Source: Alphaproteobacteria bacterium
GTDB lineage: Bacteria > Pseudomonadota > Alphaproteobacteria > UBA2966
NCBI GenBank assembly: GCA_964291395.2
Contig: OZ219858.1
Coordinates: 672,001-736,000, forward strand
Direction of reading: 5' to 3'
Length of the DNA: 64,000 nt
Shown here: piece by piece, positions 45,727-56,502 of the stretch
Layout of the letters: each line of letters opens with the position of its first letter
How positions within the stretch are numbered: the first letter of the stretch is position 1
The notes under the pieces: model-generated
The model's input: the letters and a program-made list of their open reading frames with translations, nothing else
Database searches by the model: none
What the model was told of the DNA's origin: nothing
Made by a program: the position numbers and the translations under genes

Positions 45727-47148
45727 CTAGGCAACCGAAGCGATATAGAGGGTATTCGTGGCACCGGGCGTGCCGAACGGTACGCCGTAGGTGACGACCA
45801 ACGTGTCCCCCGGCTTGGCGAAGCCCTGCTCGCGCGCGATGCGGCAGGCGCGCTCGTCCATGTCGTCAAAGTCCGTTGCATCGTCCGTGTGTACGCTATG
45901 CACGCCCCAGACAAGCGCGAGCTGCCTTGCCGTGCGAAGGTCGTGGGTTAGCGCCAGCACCGGCACACCGGGGCGTTTGCGCGCCGCCCGCAGCGCGGTG
46001 GCGCCCGTGGACGTGAAGGTCACCGCCGCAGCGGCGCCCAGGGTGTCCGCGACCTGGCGGGCCGCGGCGCTCAGCGCATCCACGTGGGTCGCCTCGGGCT
46101 CCGCCCATTCCGCGTTGAGGATCGGAAGATAGAGAGGATCCCGTTCCGCCTGTGCAGCGATGCGGCTCATCGTGGTCACGGTATCGACGGGATATTCCCC
46201 GGTGGCTGTCTCGGCGGAGAGCATCACCGCGTCCGCACCGTCATAGACGGCCGTAACCACATCGGAAACCTCTGCCCGGGTCGGGGTCGAGGCGTGAATC
46301 ATCGACTCCAGCATCTGTGTAGCGACCACCACGGGTTTTCCGGCCGTGCGGGCGGCGCGCACGATCTGCTTTTGCAGACCTGGAACCGTCTCAAGGGGAA
46401 GCTCGACGCCAAGATCGCCACGCGCGACCATGATGCCATCCGCCAGATCGATGATCTTCGCCAAGCCGTTGACGGCGGACGGTTTCTCGATCTTCGCCAT
46501 CAGTGCGGCGCGGCGCCCGACCAGTTTGCGCGCCTCCTCCACGTCGGCGGACTGCTGAACAAACGAGAGGGCAACCCAATCCACGCCCCGTTCGAGGGCA
46601 AACTCGAGATCGTCGCGATCCTTTCCGGTGAGAGGGGCGATGGGAAGCACGGCGCCGGGAAGATTCACGCCCTTATGTGCCGAAAGCTCGCCGCCGGATA
46701 TCACGACCGTCTCGGCCGTTGCTCCGGTCACCCGTTCGACCCGCAACCGGATGCGCCCGTCGTCTACCGATATGTGAGACCTCCGCTGCAGGGCCTGAAA
46801 CAGCTCCGGATGGGGAAGCGGCGCCCTGGTTTCATCGCCGGGCTCGTCGCTCGAATCGAGCGTGAACGAGGCACCTTTCTCGAGCGTGACCCTGTCGGAT
46901 TTCAGTTCGCCGATCCGTAGCCTAGGGCCCTGCAGGTCGACGATGATGCCGATCGGCCGGCCGGTGTCTTTCTCCACGGCCCGTATGGCGTTGAGCGCGG
47001 CCTCGTGAACGTCGTGCTCACCATGGCTGAAATTCAGCCGAAATACGTCGGCGCCCGCATCGAACAGCTCCCGAATGATCTCGGGAGTGCTGCTCGCGGG
47101 CCCGAGCGTCGCGATGATCTTTGCAGAGCGGAGGCGCCTCATCGCCAC
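45727..47148 (-). CDS. pyk: Pyruvate kinase
   Basis: KIIATLGP, RLNFSHG, MVARGDLGVE, ATQMLESM. Confidence 0.96.
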   Translation of the reverse strand: MAMRRLRSAKIIATLGPASSTPEIIRELFDAGADVFRLNFSHGEHDVHEAALNAIRAVEKDTGRPIGIIVDLQGPRLRIGELKSDRVTLEKGASFTLDSSDEPGDETRAPLPHPELFQALQRRSHISVDDGRIRLRVERVTGATAETVVISGGELSAHKGVNLPGAVLPIAPLTGKDRDDLEFALERGVDWVALSFVQQSADVEEARKLVGRRAALMAKIEKPSAVNGLAKIIDLADGIMVARGDLGVELPLETVPGLQKQIVRAARTAGKPVVVATQMLESMIHASTPTRAEVSDVVTAVYDGADAVMLSAETATGEYPVDTVTTMSRIAAQAERDPLYLPILNAEWAEPEATHVDALSAAARQVADTLGAAAAVTFTSTGATALRAARKRPGVPVLALTHDLRTARQLALVWGVHSVHTDDATDFDDMDERACRIAREQGFAKPGDTLVVTYGVPFGTPGATNTLYIASVA

Positions 47149-47240
47149 AGGTTAAGGTGCTGACGGGTTGCGAACCAGTGTCGAAGCACATCGCCAACAT
47201 GGAACTTGCGGCCACCTCATGGCCGGTTCGTGAGCGATGA

Positions 47241-48527
47241 CTATGTCGGATCGATGAGGATGGCTCGGAAATCGTTCACATTGGTGAGAGTGGGTCCCGG
47301 TTTCACCAGATCTTCAAGAAGGGCGAAAAATCCATACGAGTCGTTGTTGTCGAGGTATTTCTCCGGCTCGAGGCCCAGCGTTCGCGCCCGTGACAGCGTA
47401 TCCGGGAACACCATAGCTCCTGCATTGTCCCTACTGCCGTCGATTCCGTCCGTATCGCAAGCGATGGCCGAGATTCCATCGGCGCCTGACAGTTCGATTG
47501 CGAGTGCCAGCGCATATTCCGTGTTGGGGCCGCCGTCCCCGGTTCCCTGGATTGTGACCGTCGTTTCGCCGCCGGACAGCAGCACCAAGGCTTTTCCCCG
47601 TGCACCGTATTCCCGTGCCAGGACGCCGTGGGCCCGAGCCACCTCGCGCGCTTCGCCCTCGATCGCATCACCCAGCACGATCGTTTCGATTCCCGCCTCC
47701 TCCGCCACGCGTGCGGCCGCTGCGAGCGCACGGTCGGCGTCGGCGACGATGCGGAAACTCGCCGACTCCAGGCTCGGATCACCGGGCTTCGGTGTTTCGT
47801 CAGACGCTTTCCGAAGGTGGCGCGCAACGTGAGACAAGGGGTCGATACCGAATTTCTCCAGGACCTCAAGGGCGTCGGCGAAAGTTGTCGGGTCGGCGAC
47901 GGTCGGGCCGGATGCGATGACGGAGGGATCGTCTCCAGCGACGTCGGAAATAGCGAGCGTAACGATGGGCGCTGGATGGGCCGCAGCGGCCAAGCGCCCG
48001 CCCTTCACAGCCGAGAGATGCTTGCGGACGCAATTGATCTCGCCGATCGTCGCGCCGCGGGCGATGAGAGCCCGTGTCACCTTCTGCTTGTCGTCGAGGG
48101 ACAGTCCTGGAGCCGGCAGGCTCAGCAGGGCGGACCCCCCACCGGAGAGGAAGCAGAGGATCAAGTCCCGAGGACCGCAGTTCCGGACCAACTCCAGTAT
48201 CCGGTTTGCGGCGGTGACGCCTGCCTGATCGGGGATCGGGTGTCCGGCCTCGATGACGTCTATGCTGCCGATTCGGTTCTCCTTCTGGCCATGGCCGTAG
48301 CGCGTGACGACGACACCCCGGGCGATATCGCCGTATCGCTTCACGGCCACGCGCGTCATGGCAGTGGCGGCCTTTCCGGCACCGATGATGACCAAGTCAC
48401 CGGCAGGGATGTCGGGAAGGTGGGCGCCAAGGCACCGCGCCGGCTGGACCGCGTCGACAGCCCTCCGAAACATCTCACCCAGCAGTTCCGCTTCAGGCCG
48501 ACTCATGTCCTGGCGGGCCGAGGTCAT
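47241..48527 (-). CDS. ttuD: Glycerate 2-kinase (TtuD/MOFRL family)
   Basis: GAGKA, SGGGSAL, RKHLSAVKGG, GGETTV, DTDGIDG, TLTNVND. Confidence 0.88.
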   Translation of the reverse strand: MTSARQDMSRPEAELLGEMFRRAVDAVQPARCLGAHLPDIPAGDLVIIGAGKAATAMTRVAVKRYGDIARGVVVTRYGHGQKENRIGSIDVIEAGHPIPDQAGVTAANRILELVRNCGPRDLILCFLSGGGSALLSLPAPGLSLDDKQKVTRALIARGATIGEINCVRKHLSAVKGGRLAAAAHPAPIVTLAISDVAGDDPSVIASGPTVADPTTFADALEVLEKFGIDPLSHVARHLRKASDETPKPGDPSLESASFRIVADADRALAAAARVAEEAGIETIVLGDAIEGEAREVARAHGVLAREYGARGKALVLLSGGETTVTIQGTGDGGPNTEYALALAIELSGADGISAIACDTDGIDGSRDNAGAMVFPDTLSRARTLGLEPEKYLDNNDSYGFFALLEDLVKPGPTLTNVNDFRAILIDPT

Positions 48528-49456
48528 GCCGAACGCTGGTCCTCGTCCGTACCGTCGGTCGGTTCCAGGGTTGCCCGCCGGGCGACGACGATGGAGGCCA
48601 GAACTATCGCTCCGCCGGCCGCTTGCAGGGATCCGAGGAATTCGTCGAGGACGAACCAGGCGAGAATTGCCGCCGCCGGAGGCTCGAGAAGGATGACGAG
48701 CGACGAGAAACCGGCCGGCAGGTGAGCGAGCGCATAAGCGATGGCGCCCTGTCCCCCCGCGTGGGAGAGCCAGGCAAGCGCAAGAAGAATGCACCAGCCA
48801 TACAGGCTCGGGGCCATGAGACTCTCGCCGGACACGACAGCCAGTGGCAGAAGCGCCGCAGCCGTCACCAGACTGGACCACGCCATGATCGTCGCGGCGG
48901 AGAGGCGCGACCTCAGGTGTTTGACCGTAAGTTGGTAGGCCGCCCAGAACATGCCCGTCGCCACGCCAATCCCATCACCCAGGATGTGGGCGCGGTCGAG
49001 TTCGAAGCTGCTCCCGACTACCATCGTCGTGCCGAAAATGGCGATCAGCAGGGCCACTAGAAATAGCGGTGTGATCCGCTCGCCGAACACCACCCGAGCG
49101 CCGACGGTGACGAAAATCGGTGCAGTGTTGGCGAACAAGGTGGCGTTGGCGACCGAGGTTAGCGTCACCGACCAATGCCAGGTCACGAGGTCTCCGGCGA
49201 AGAATATCCCGGCCAGCACCAGCAGCCAGACGTCACGGCGACCGGGCCGCCGTGATTCAGATTCATTTGAATACGTGCCGCCGTTCTCGAGAGCCGTCCA
49301 AGCGAACAGCACGGGCAAGGCCAGGAATGCGCGATGGAATGCCGTGGCCGTCGGACCCAACTCGCTGAGGCGCACGAAGATGGGTGAAAGCGCGACGAGC
49401 AACGCACCGACGACAAGAATCATAAGCCCTGGACGGGCAGCCGATAAGTTGGCCAT
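48524..49456 (-). CDS. DMT/EamA family transporter
   Basis: Ten TM segments, two EamA repeats. Confidence 0.87.
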   Translation of the reverse strand: MANLSAARPGLMILVVGALLVALSPIFVRLSELGPTATAFHRAFLALPVLFAWTALENGGTYSNESESRRPGRRDVWLLVLAGIFFAGDLVTWHWSVTLTSVANATLFANTAPIFVTVGARVVFGERITPLFLVALLIAIFGTTMVVGSSFELDRAHILGDGIGVATGMFWAAYQLTVKHLRSRLSAATIMAWSSLVTAAALLPLAVVSGESLMAPSLYGWCILLALAWLSHAGGQGAIAYALAHLPAGFSSLVILLEPPAAAILAWFVLDEFLGSLQAAGGAIVLASIVVARRATLEPTDGTDEDQRSA

Positions 49457-49631
49457 GGGAGCACGTGAACTCTCGCCACGAGTGGAGAGCGATCAATACT
49501 CCGACGGCCTCACCGGAGCCAGTAATTAACTCGGCCGGTCGACGGATCGCACCGCGCCATCGGCTTGCAAGGCTCGTGGCGGATCGTCTCGCCGCTTTGC
49601 GGCGCAGGCGATTCCAGTATCATACGGCGCC

Positions 49632-50459
49632 ATGACCGACGCATACGGACAGGCGGATGCCCTGGTCGAGGAGGTGGATGCCGATGCCTTCGCCGCCGAC
49701 CTATCCCCATTCGAAACGCTGAACGAAGCGGGAACGGCAAACATCCTGCTGGTTTGTGATCACGCGAGCAACGTCTTGCCCGTGACCTACGGCACACTGG
49801 GTCTCGATCCCGAACTATTGAGCCGTCATATCGCGTTCGATATCGGTGCGGCGGATATCACACGGCGTATGTCGAAGGCGTTGGACGCCCCGGCAGTTCT
49901 GTCCGGCTACTCACGCCTGCTGATCGACTGCAATCGTCAACCCGGACACGTGACGTCGATTCCCGAGATCAGTGACGGAATCGAAATTCCTGACAACAGG
50001 GGACTCGATGCCGCCGAGGTCGAACACCGCCAAGCCAGATATTTCCGCCCGTTCCACGGTGCGGTGGACGCGGCGTTGAAGGGATTTGTCGCCCGAGGCG
50101 TGGTGCCTGCCTATGTCGCCGTGCACAGCTTTACGCCGATCATGCACGGGTATGAACGGCCGTGGCACGTGGGCATCTTGTGGAACCGCGACCCACGCTT
50201 GGCGCGGCCGCTGATCGATGCGCTGTCCGAATGGCCGGACGTTGTCGTCGGCGAGAATCAGCCCTATTCGGGCAGGGACTCTCAGGGCTATTCGATCCAC
50301 GCGCATGGCGGCGACCGGGGCATTCCCAACGTGCTGATCGAGGTTCGGCAGGATCTCGTGGATACCCGTCACGGCGCGGAACTTTGGGCGGCGCGGATCG
50401 GGCAAACCGTCGCCGCCGTCGTGAGGCAGGAAGGCCCCTTCGAAATCGAACACTACTGA
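49632..50459 (+). CDS. N-formylglutamate amidohydrolase family protein
   Basis: CDHASN, HIA.DIGA, SRLLIDCNR, HSFTP, N.PY, IEVRQDL. Confidence 0.9.
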   Translation: MTDAYGQADALVEEVDADAFAADLSPFETLNEAGTANILLVCDHASNVLPVTYGTLGLDPELLSRHIAFDIGAADITRRMSKALDAPAVLSGYSRLLIDCNRQPGHVTSIPEISDGIEIPDNRGLDAAEVEHRQARYFRPFHGAVDAALKGFVARGVVPAYVAVHSFTPIMHGYERPWHVGILWNRDPRLARPLIDALSEWPDVVVGENQPYSGRDSQGYSIHAHGGDRGIPNVLIEVRQDLVDTRHGAELWAARIGQTVAAVVRQEGPFEIEHY

Positions 50460-50470
50460 AGGAAGGCAAC

Positions 50471-51613
50471 ATGGCCCTCGCAGAGCCGGCGTTCACGATC
50501 GGGATCGAAGAGGAATACCTCCTAGTCGATCGGGAGACCCGCGACCTTTGCGCGGAGCCGCCGCCGTCGATGATGCAGGATTGCGAGAAAAGACTGACGG
50601 GTCAGGTGAGTCCCGAGTTCCTGCAGGCGCAGATCGAGGTCGAAACCCGCGTGTGCGGATCTATCGCCGAAGCCCGGGCCGATCTTTCGCACCTGCGCAC
50701 GACCGTAGCGGAGGTGGCCAACCAACACGGTCTCGCGCCGATCGCTTCGGCGACACACCCGTTTGCCCGCTGGCACGATCAAAAGCATACCGACAAGGAG
50801 CGCTACAACGTGTTGGCCAGGGATATGCAGGCTCTCGCCCATCGCCTGCTGATTTGCGGCCTCCACGTCCACATCGGAATTGAGGATGAGGACCTGCGCA
50901 TCGATCTGATGGGCCAGGCGCGCTATTTCATGCCCCATCTGCTCGCGCTGAGCTCGTCCTCACCGTTCTGGGAGGGACTGGAAACGGGCCTGATGTCCTA
51001 TCGGTTGAGCGTATTCGACGGGTTGCCGAGAACCGGCATTCCGGATCTGTTTGACAGCTACGGTGAATATCAGCGGCTCGTCAGCCAGATGGCGTCGGCA
51101 GGCCTGATCGAGGATGCCAGCAAGCTGTGGTGGGACGTGCGTCCCAGCGCCAGCTATCCCACGCTCGAGATGCGTATCTGCGACATGTGTACCCGTCTCG
51201 ACGATGCGGTCACGATCGCCGCCATCTACGTGTGCCTGATGAGGATGCTGTATCGCCTTCGCCAGGGAAACCAGAGCTGGCGCATGTATCCGCGAACTCT
51301 CATCCACGAGAATCGGTGGCTGGCGCAGCGCTATGGGCTGCGCGGGGAGCTCGTCGATTTTGGCAAGGGCGAATTGGTTCCCTACGCCGAACTTCTGGAA
51401 GAGATCATCGAGATCATTCGCGAGGACGCGGAGGAACTGGGCTGTGTCGCGGAGGTCGAGCATGCGCGTGACATCGTTGCTCGCGGAACGAGTGCGCAGC
51501 ACCAGCTCGCCGTTTACGAATCGGCATTGCGCGCGGGCGCGAATGCGGCCGAAGCACTGCGCTCGGTCGTCGACTGGTTGATCGAGGAAACCGTTGCCGG
51601 CGTCGGGGAATGA
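50471..51613 (+). CDS. Carboxylate-amine ligase (YbdK/GCS2 family)
   Basis: TIGIEEEY, GLHVHIG, SSSSPFW, WWDVRP, TLEMRICD. Confidence 0.92.
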   Translation: MALAEPAFTIGIEEEYLLVDRETRDLCAEPPPSMMQDCEKRLTGQVSPEFLQAQIEVETRVCGSIAEARADLSHLRTTVAEVANQHGLAPIASATHPFARWHDQKHTDKERYNVLARDMQALAHRLLICGLHVHIGIEDEDLRIDLMGQARYFMPHLLALSSSSPFWEGLETGLMSYRLSVFDGLPRTGIPDLFDSYGEYQRLVSQMASAGLIEDASKLWWDVRPSASYPTLEMRICDMCTRLDDAVTIAAIYVCLMRMLYRLRQGNQSWRMYPRTLIHENRWLAQRYGLRGELVDFGKGELVPYAELLEEIIEIIREDAEELGCVAEVEHARDIVARGTSAQHQLAVYESALRAGANAAEALRSVVDWLIEETVAGVGE

Positions 51614-51780
51614 ACGCAGACCCTCCGCAACATCCGTGCCGGCCTCCGTATCGACCCGTCCCGCACATTTCATGTGCTGGCTAAGGGAAACGTACTTGAG
51701 GCGGAGGCTGTCGGGTGGTCTCGAGATCGATGTCGCGCTATGAGTCGGGAAGTTTCGAACGCCATTCACAGAGGTTCGAC

Positions 51781-52098
51781 ATGGACGAAAAGACACTGGA
51801 CGAAAAGACCCGTACGGAGCTTGAAGCGGCGGCATTCCGCACGCTCGTCGATCATCTGCGCGAGAGGACGGATGTTCAGAACATCGATCTCATGAATCTC
51901 GCCGGATTCTGCCGAAATTGTCTGTCGAAATGGTATCGCGCAGAGGCAGAGGACCAAGGTCTCGAGATGAGCTACGACGACGCTCGGGAAATCATCTATG
52001 GCATGCCGTACTCGGAATGGAAGTCCAAGTACCAAGCCGAGGCCACACGGCAACAGCTCGCAGCGTTCGAAGAGGCGTCGAAAGAGCCGCACTCATAG
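51781..52098 (+). CDS. DUF1244 family protein
   Basis: ELEAAAFR.L..HL..R.DVQNIDLMNLAGFCRNCL, YGMPY.EWK. Confidence 0.9.
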   Translation: MDEKTLDEKTRTELEAAAFRTLVDHLRERTDVQNIDLMNLAGFCRNCLSKWYRAEAEDQGLEMSYDDAREIIYGMPYSEWKSKYQAEATRQQLAAFEEASKEPHS

Positions 52099-52285
52099 GT
52101 GGACTCGTATCGGGCAGCGCCTGCCGGGCTGTCCCCTGCCGCGTTCGGGTTTCGCGGCTTCCGGCGCTGCGAGGGAATTTCACCGACGCTCCGGTTGCAA
52201 TCGTATGGCATCGGTCGATTTGACTTGAGATCGGCATTTCCCATACTTGCCTTGGGCGGTCTTCGCGCATGCGGAAAGCAATGAG

Positions 52286-54433
52286 ATGAGCGACAGCACC
52301 GACGCCTCGATCGAAAACTGGCGCGCGCTGGCGGAAAGAGAACTCAAAGGACGCGTTCCCGACCAACTCGTGTGGACGACGCCCGAGGGCATCGATGTGA
52401 AGCCGCTCTATACCGCGGCCGATCTGGAACAAGTCGAGACCGGTGTGCTTCCGGGCTTCGCTCCGTTCACCCGTGGACCGCGCGCCACCATGTACGCGGG
52501 ACGGCCGTGGACGGTTCGGCAGTATGCCGGTTTCTCCACCGCCGAGGAGTCGAACGCGTTCTATCGCCGCAATCTGGCTGCCGGACAGAAAGGGCTGTCC
52601 GTCGCGTTCGATCTCGCCACGCACCGCGGCTACGATTCCGATCACCCGCGCGTGGTGGGCGACGTGGGCAAGGCCGGCGTCGCCATCGACTCCGTCGAGG
52701 ACATGAAACGCCTGTTCCAAGACATCCCGCTTGGCGAGATGAGCGTCTCCATGACCATGAACGGCGCCGTACTGCCGGTATTGGCGGGATACATCGTGGC
52801 CGCGGAGGAACAGGGTGTCGGCCAAGCCGAACTTACGGGGACCATCCAGAACGACATCCTCAAGGAGTTCATGGTCCGCAATACCTACATCTACCCGCCG
52901 GAACCCTCCATGCGGATCGTTGCGGACATCATCGCGCACACCGCCGCCAACATGCCGCGGTTCAACTCCATTTCCATCTCCGGCTATCACATGCAGGAAG
53001 CCGGCGCGACATCCGTGCAAGAGCTGGCGTTCACGCTGGCGGACGGCGTCGAGTACGTGCGCGCGGCCCTGTCCAACGGTCTGGACATCGATGAGTTTGC
53101 CCCGCGCCTGTCGTTTTTCTTCTGCATCGGCATGAATTTCTTCATGGAGATCGCCAAGCTTCGGGCTGCCAGGAAGCTCTGGGCTGAACTCATTGCGCCG
53201 TTCAACCCCCGAGACCCGCGCTCGTTGATGCTGCGGACCCACTGCCAGACCAGCGGGGTCTCGCTCACGGAGCAGGACCCTTACAACAACATCGTCCGCA
53301 CGGCCTATGAAGCCCTTGCGGCCGCGATGGGCGGGACGCAGAGCTTGCACACCAATGCCTTCGATGAGGCTCTGGCCCTGCCCACGGAGGCATCGGCGCG
53401 CGTCGCCCGGAACACGCAGCTGATCCTGCAGGAAGAGACGGGCATCACGAGAGTCGTCGATCCTCTGGGCGGCAGCTACTACGTCGAGTCATTGACTCAT
53501 TCGATGGTCGTGGAGGCGAAGAAGATTATCGACGAGGTCGAAGCTCTGGGCGGCATGACCAAGGCCGTCTCCGAGGGAATGCCCAAGATGCGCATCGAGG
53601 AAAGCGCGGCACGGAAACAGGTGCGTATCGACCGTGGCGAAGAGGTAATCATCGGCGTTAACAAGTACCTTTCCGAGGAAAGCTCGGCCGATGTCGAGCT
53701 TTTGGAGATCGACAATGCCGAGGTTCGGCGACAACAGATCGAGCGTTTACGGCAGGTGCGCCACTCGCGCGACAATGCCGCGACCGAGGCCGCACTCCGG
53801 GCTTTGGAGAATGGCGCGCGGCAGAACGGTAATCTTCTGGCACTTTCCATCGAAGCGGTTCGAGCCCGTGCCACTGTCGGCGAGGTGTCGGACGCGCTCG
53901 AACGCGTCTTCGGGCGCCATCGGGCAGAGTCCCGGAGCGTGACCGGCGTGTACGGCGGCGCTTATGCGGAGGATGACGGCTTCGTCCGCATTCAGCGTGA
54001 AACGGAGGCTTTTGCGAGAGACGAGGGCCGGCGTCCGAGAATCCTGGTCGCCAAGCTCGGACAGGACGGGCACGACCGGGGCGCGAAGGTGATTGCGTCC
54101 GCGTTCGCGGACATCGGGTTCGACGTCGACATCGGGCCCCTGTTTCAAACACCGGAAGAGGCCGCCAGGCAAGCCATCGAGAACGACGTGCACGTCATCG
54201 GTGTTTCCTCGCAGGCGGCCGCGCACAAGACGCTGGTGCCGCAACTCATCGATGAGTTGAGCGCGCAAGGAGCCAGGGACGTCGTCGTGGTGGTCGGTGG
54301 CGTCGTGCCCCCGAAGGACTACGACGAGTTGAAGTCCGTCGGCGTCTCCGCCGTCTATGGACCGGGCACCAATATCACCGAGGCGGCTTCGGAGGTCATC
54401 GGACTCATTCAACGCCGCGCCCAGGCAGCGTAG
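52286..54433 (+). CDS. scpA: Methylmalonyl-CoA mutase
   Basis: [25 protein letters not shown]12-binding GQDGHDRG. Confidence 0.96.
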   Translation: MSDSTDASIENWRALAERELKGRVPDQLVWTTPEGIDVKPLYTAADLEQVETGVLPGFAPFTRGPRATMYAGRPWTVRQYAGFSTAEESNAFYRRNLAAGQKGLSVAFDLATHRGYDSDHPRVVGDVGKAGVAIDSVEDMKRLFQDIPLGEMSVSMTMNGAVLPVLAGYIVAAEEQGVGQAELTGTIQNDILKEFMVRNTYIYPPEPSMRIVADIIAHTAANMPRFNSISISGYHMQEAGATSVQELAFTLADGVEYVRAALSNGLDIDEFAPRLSFFFCIGMNFFMEIAKLRAARKLWAELIAPFNPRDPRSLMLRTHCQTSGVSLTEQDPYNNIVRTAYEALAAAMGGTQSLHTNAFDEALALPTEASARVARNTQLILQEETGITRVVDPLGGSYYVESLTHSMVVEAKKIIDEVEALGGMTKAVSEGMPKMRIEESAARKQVRIDRGEEVIIGVNKYLSEESSADVELLEIDNAEVRRQQIERLRQVRHSRDNAATEAALRALENGARQNGNLLALSIEAVRARATVGEVSDALERVFGRHRAESRSVTGVYGGAYAEDDGFVRIQRETEAFARDEGRRPRILVAKLGQDGHDRGAKVIASAFADIGFDVDIGPLFQTPEEAARQAIENDVHVIGVSSQAAAHKTLVPQLIDELSAQGARDVVVVVGGVVPPKDYDELKSVGVSAVYGPGTNITEAASEVIGLIQRRAQAA

Positions 54434-54575
54434 CCCCTCCGCCCTCGAACCGCCTCGGGCCCGAGTCATCCGCGGGAGGGCGCCTGGTTTTCGACAGCCG
54501 GGAGCGTGCCGTCGTGGCTCGACAGGCGATCGGATCGGTTCGATCGCATGCCCGACTGACCGGGCCGATGGTCGG

Positions 54576-55208
54576 TTATTTCGTTCCGTAAAGCCGGTCC
54601 CCGGCATCCCCAAGGCCGGGAATAATGTAACCGTGGTCGTCCAGGTGGTCGTCGATTGCGGCCGTGAAGATCGGTACGCCGGGATGGGCCTCCTGGAATG
54701 CCATTACGCCCTCGGGCGCAGCAAGCAGGCACAGGAACTTGATGCTTTTTGCGCCCGCCTCCTTGAGGCGCGCCACCGCGGCAATCGCGGAATTCCCCGT
54801 CGCGAGCATGGGATCAGCGACGACGACCATGCGATCCCCGAGATAGCCCGGCACCTTGAAATAGTATTCGACCGCCTCCAGGGTTTCCGGATCACGATAG
54901 AGGCCTATGTGTCCGACGCGAGCCGCAGGCACGAGGTCCAGCAAACCATCGAGGAGCCCGGTTCCGGCTCGGAGGATGGAAACCAGAACCAGTTTCTTGC
55001 CTTCCAGTTTCGGCGACTCCATCGGCGCCAGAGGCGTCTCGATCATCTGCATGGTGAGCGGAAGATCGTGAAGGACTTCATACCCCAGAAGCAACGCGAT
55101 CTCGCGGAGCAGTTGGCGGAATTCCGCAGTTCCCGTGTCGCCAGCCCGCATCAGCGTTAGTTTGTGCCTGACCAGTGGATGATCGACGACAGTGACGTCC
55201 CGGGACAT
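54576..55208 (-). CDS. upp: Uracil phosphoribosyltransferase
   Basis: [24 protein letters not shown]. Confidence 0.96.
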   Translation of the reverse strand: MSRDVTVVDHPLVRHKLTLMRAGDTGTAEFRQLLREIALLLGYEVLHDLPLTMQMIETPLAPMESPKLEGKKLVLVSILRAGTGLLDGLLDLVPAARVGHIGLYRDPETLEAVEYYFKVPGYLGDRMVVVADPMLATGNSAIAAVARLKEAGAKSIKFLCLLAAPEGVMAFQEAHPGVPIFTAAIDDHLDDHGYIIPGLGDAGDRLYGTK

Positions 55209-55237
55209 GTTTCGTTTCCTTCCGGTTTCGAAATTTT

Positions 55238-56488
55238 CTAGAACACGGTACCATCTCTCAAGACCTGGATCGGTGGTGCGCCGCCCTCGCGCCGCCCTTC
55301 CGCGATGCGGCGCCCAGCCTGCCACGTACCCCCCTCCAGGACCTTGACGAGCGGAAATGCCTCCGCATCGACCCCCAGATTGCGCCGAAGCGGGTCGGCG
55401 ATTCGGTCGAGCAGAGCGACGGTCAGCGCCCGCCATTCGACCACGATCTCCGAGTCGACCGCATGCGCTTCGGCGGTCACTGCCTTGTGCTTCGGTTGCA
55501 GCACGTTCAGATCGACGAAGAGGCCGCCATTACGGTATTCCGCCAGGCCGGTCAGGTCGTCGAGGCCGATGACGGTTACACCTGCCTCCTCCAGCGGCTC
55601 GATGAGGGAGTAAGTCAGCCATTGCGATAGCTTGTGGAAAGGAACGAAGCCGTTGCTTGGGTCGTCGGCATGGACTGCCGAGTGCCGCCATGTGTCCCCG
55701 AGATTAACGCCCCCCAACTCGAGGCGACCGGGCCATAGTTGTCCCAGCCCCTCGAGGACTACGTTCAGAATCTCGCTGGCGCGGATCGATCCGTCCTCGG
55801 CGCACGCGACGAGCCGATCGAACAGGCTCCCAAGACGTGCCTCCCTTCCCTCATCACCGCCAAAGAAGTCGGAGCGCTCGCGAATTACGTGAGCCAGTCG
55901 ATGCAGAAGGTGGGTGCGGCTCTTGAGTCCAACCAAAGGATTCTCGGCGGTTACTTGAAATGCCGTCGCGAGATCCTGCTCCGTGAGCGCTGCCAGCGCG
56001 TCGGGGTTGACGCGAAACGGGGCATCGGCGTCCGAGGACAACAGACCGGACGTGAAGAGGTCGATGCTCGCGACTGCAAGCCCCTCGGATCGGGAATATA
56101 CTTCTCCCGAGTCGGGTTCAACGTAGCGCCACTCGGTCCCCGCTCCGGCATCGAGCAAGGTGCTTATGACCGCGAGATCAAGCCGGGTCCGACCGACCTC
56201 AAACGTCGTGGCGCTATCCAGGCGGTCATGAATTCCTTGCCACCTGTCGCGGCCGCTCACCGAGAAATGTCGCCAACGGCTGTGTAACGGCACGACGAGC
56301 CCCGGATATCTCTCCCGGACCACATCGGCGACATATGCGGCCGCGTCGTCGATTCGGTCAAAGTCCAGCGCAAAATGAGTTAGCCTGTTCCCTTCTGCGG
56401 CCGCAAGCACCTGAGCGGCGCGTTGCCGAACCGCCGGAGCGGTCATCAAGCGTGCCGCTGCGGCGCGGTCGTCTTCAGCGTCCGTCAA
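55238..56488 (-). CDS. URC4/urg3 family protein (DUF1688)
   Basis: [62 protein letters not shown]. Confidence 0.9.
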   Translation of the reverse strand: MTDAEDDRAAAARLMTAPAVRQRAAQVLAAAEGNRLTHFALDFDRIDDAAAYVADVVRERYPGLVVPLHSRWRHFSVSGRDRWQGIHDRLDSATTFEVGRTRLDLAVISTLLDAGAGTEWRYVEPDSGEVYSRSEGLAVASIDLFTSGLLSSDADAPFRVNPDALAALTEQDLATAFQVTAENPLVGLKSRTHLLHRLAHVIRERSDFFGGDEGREARLGSLFDRLVACAEDGSIRASEILNVVLEGLGQLWPGRLELGGVNLGDTWRHSAVHADDPSNGFVPFHKLSQWLTYSLIEPLEEAGVTVIGLDDLTGLAEYRNGGLFVDLNVLQPKHKAVTAEAHAVDSEIVVEWRALTVALLDRIADPLRRNLGVDAEAFPLVKVLEGGTWQAGRRIAEGRREGGAPPIQVLRDGTVF

Positions 56489-56502
56489 CGGGCCGGCCCA
56501 GC

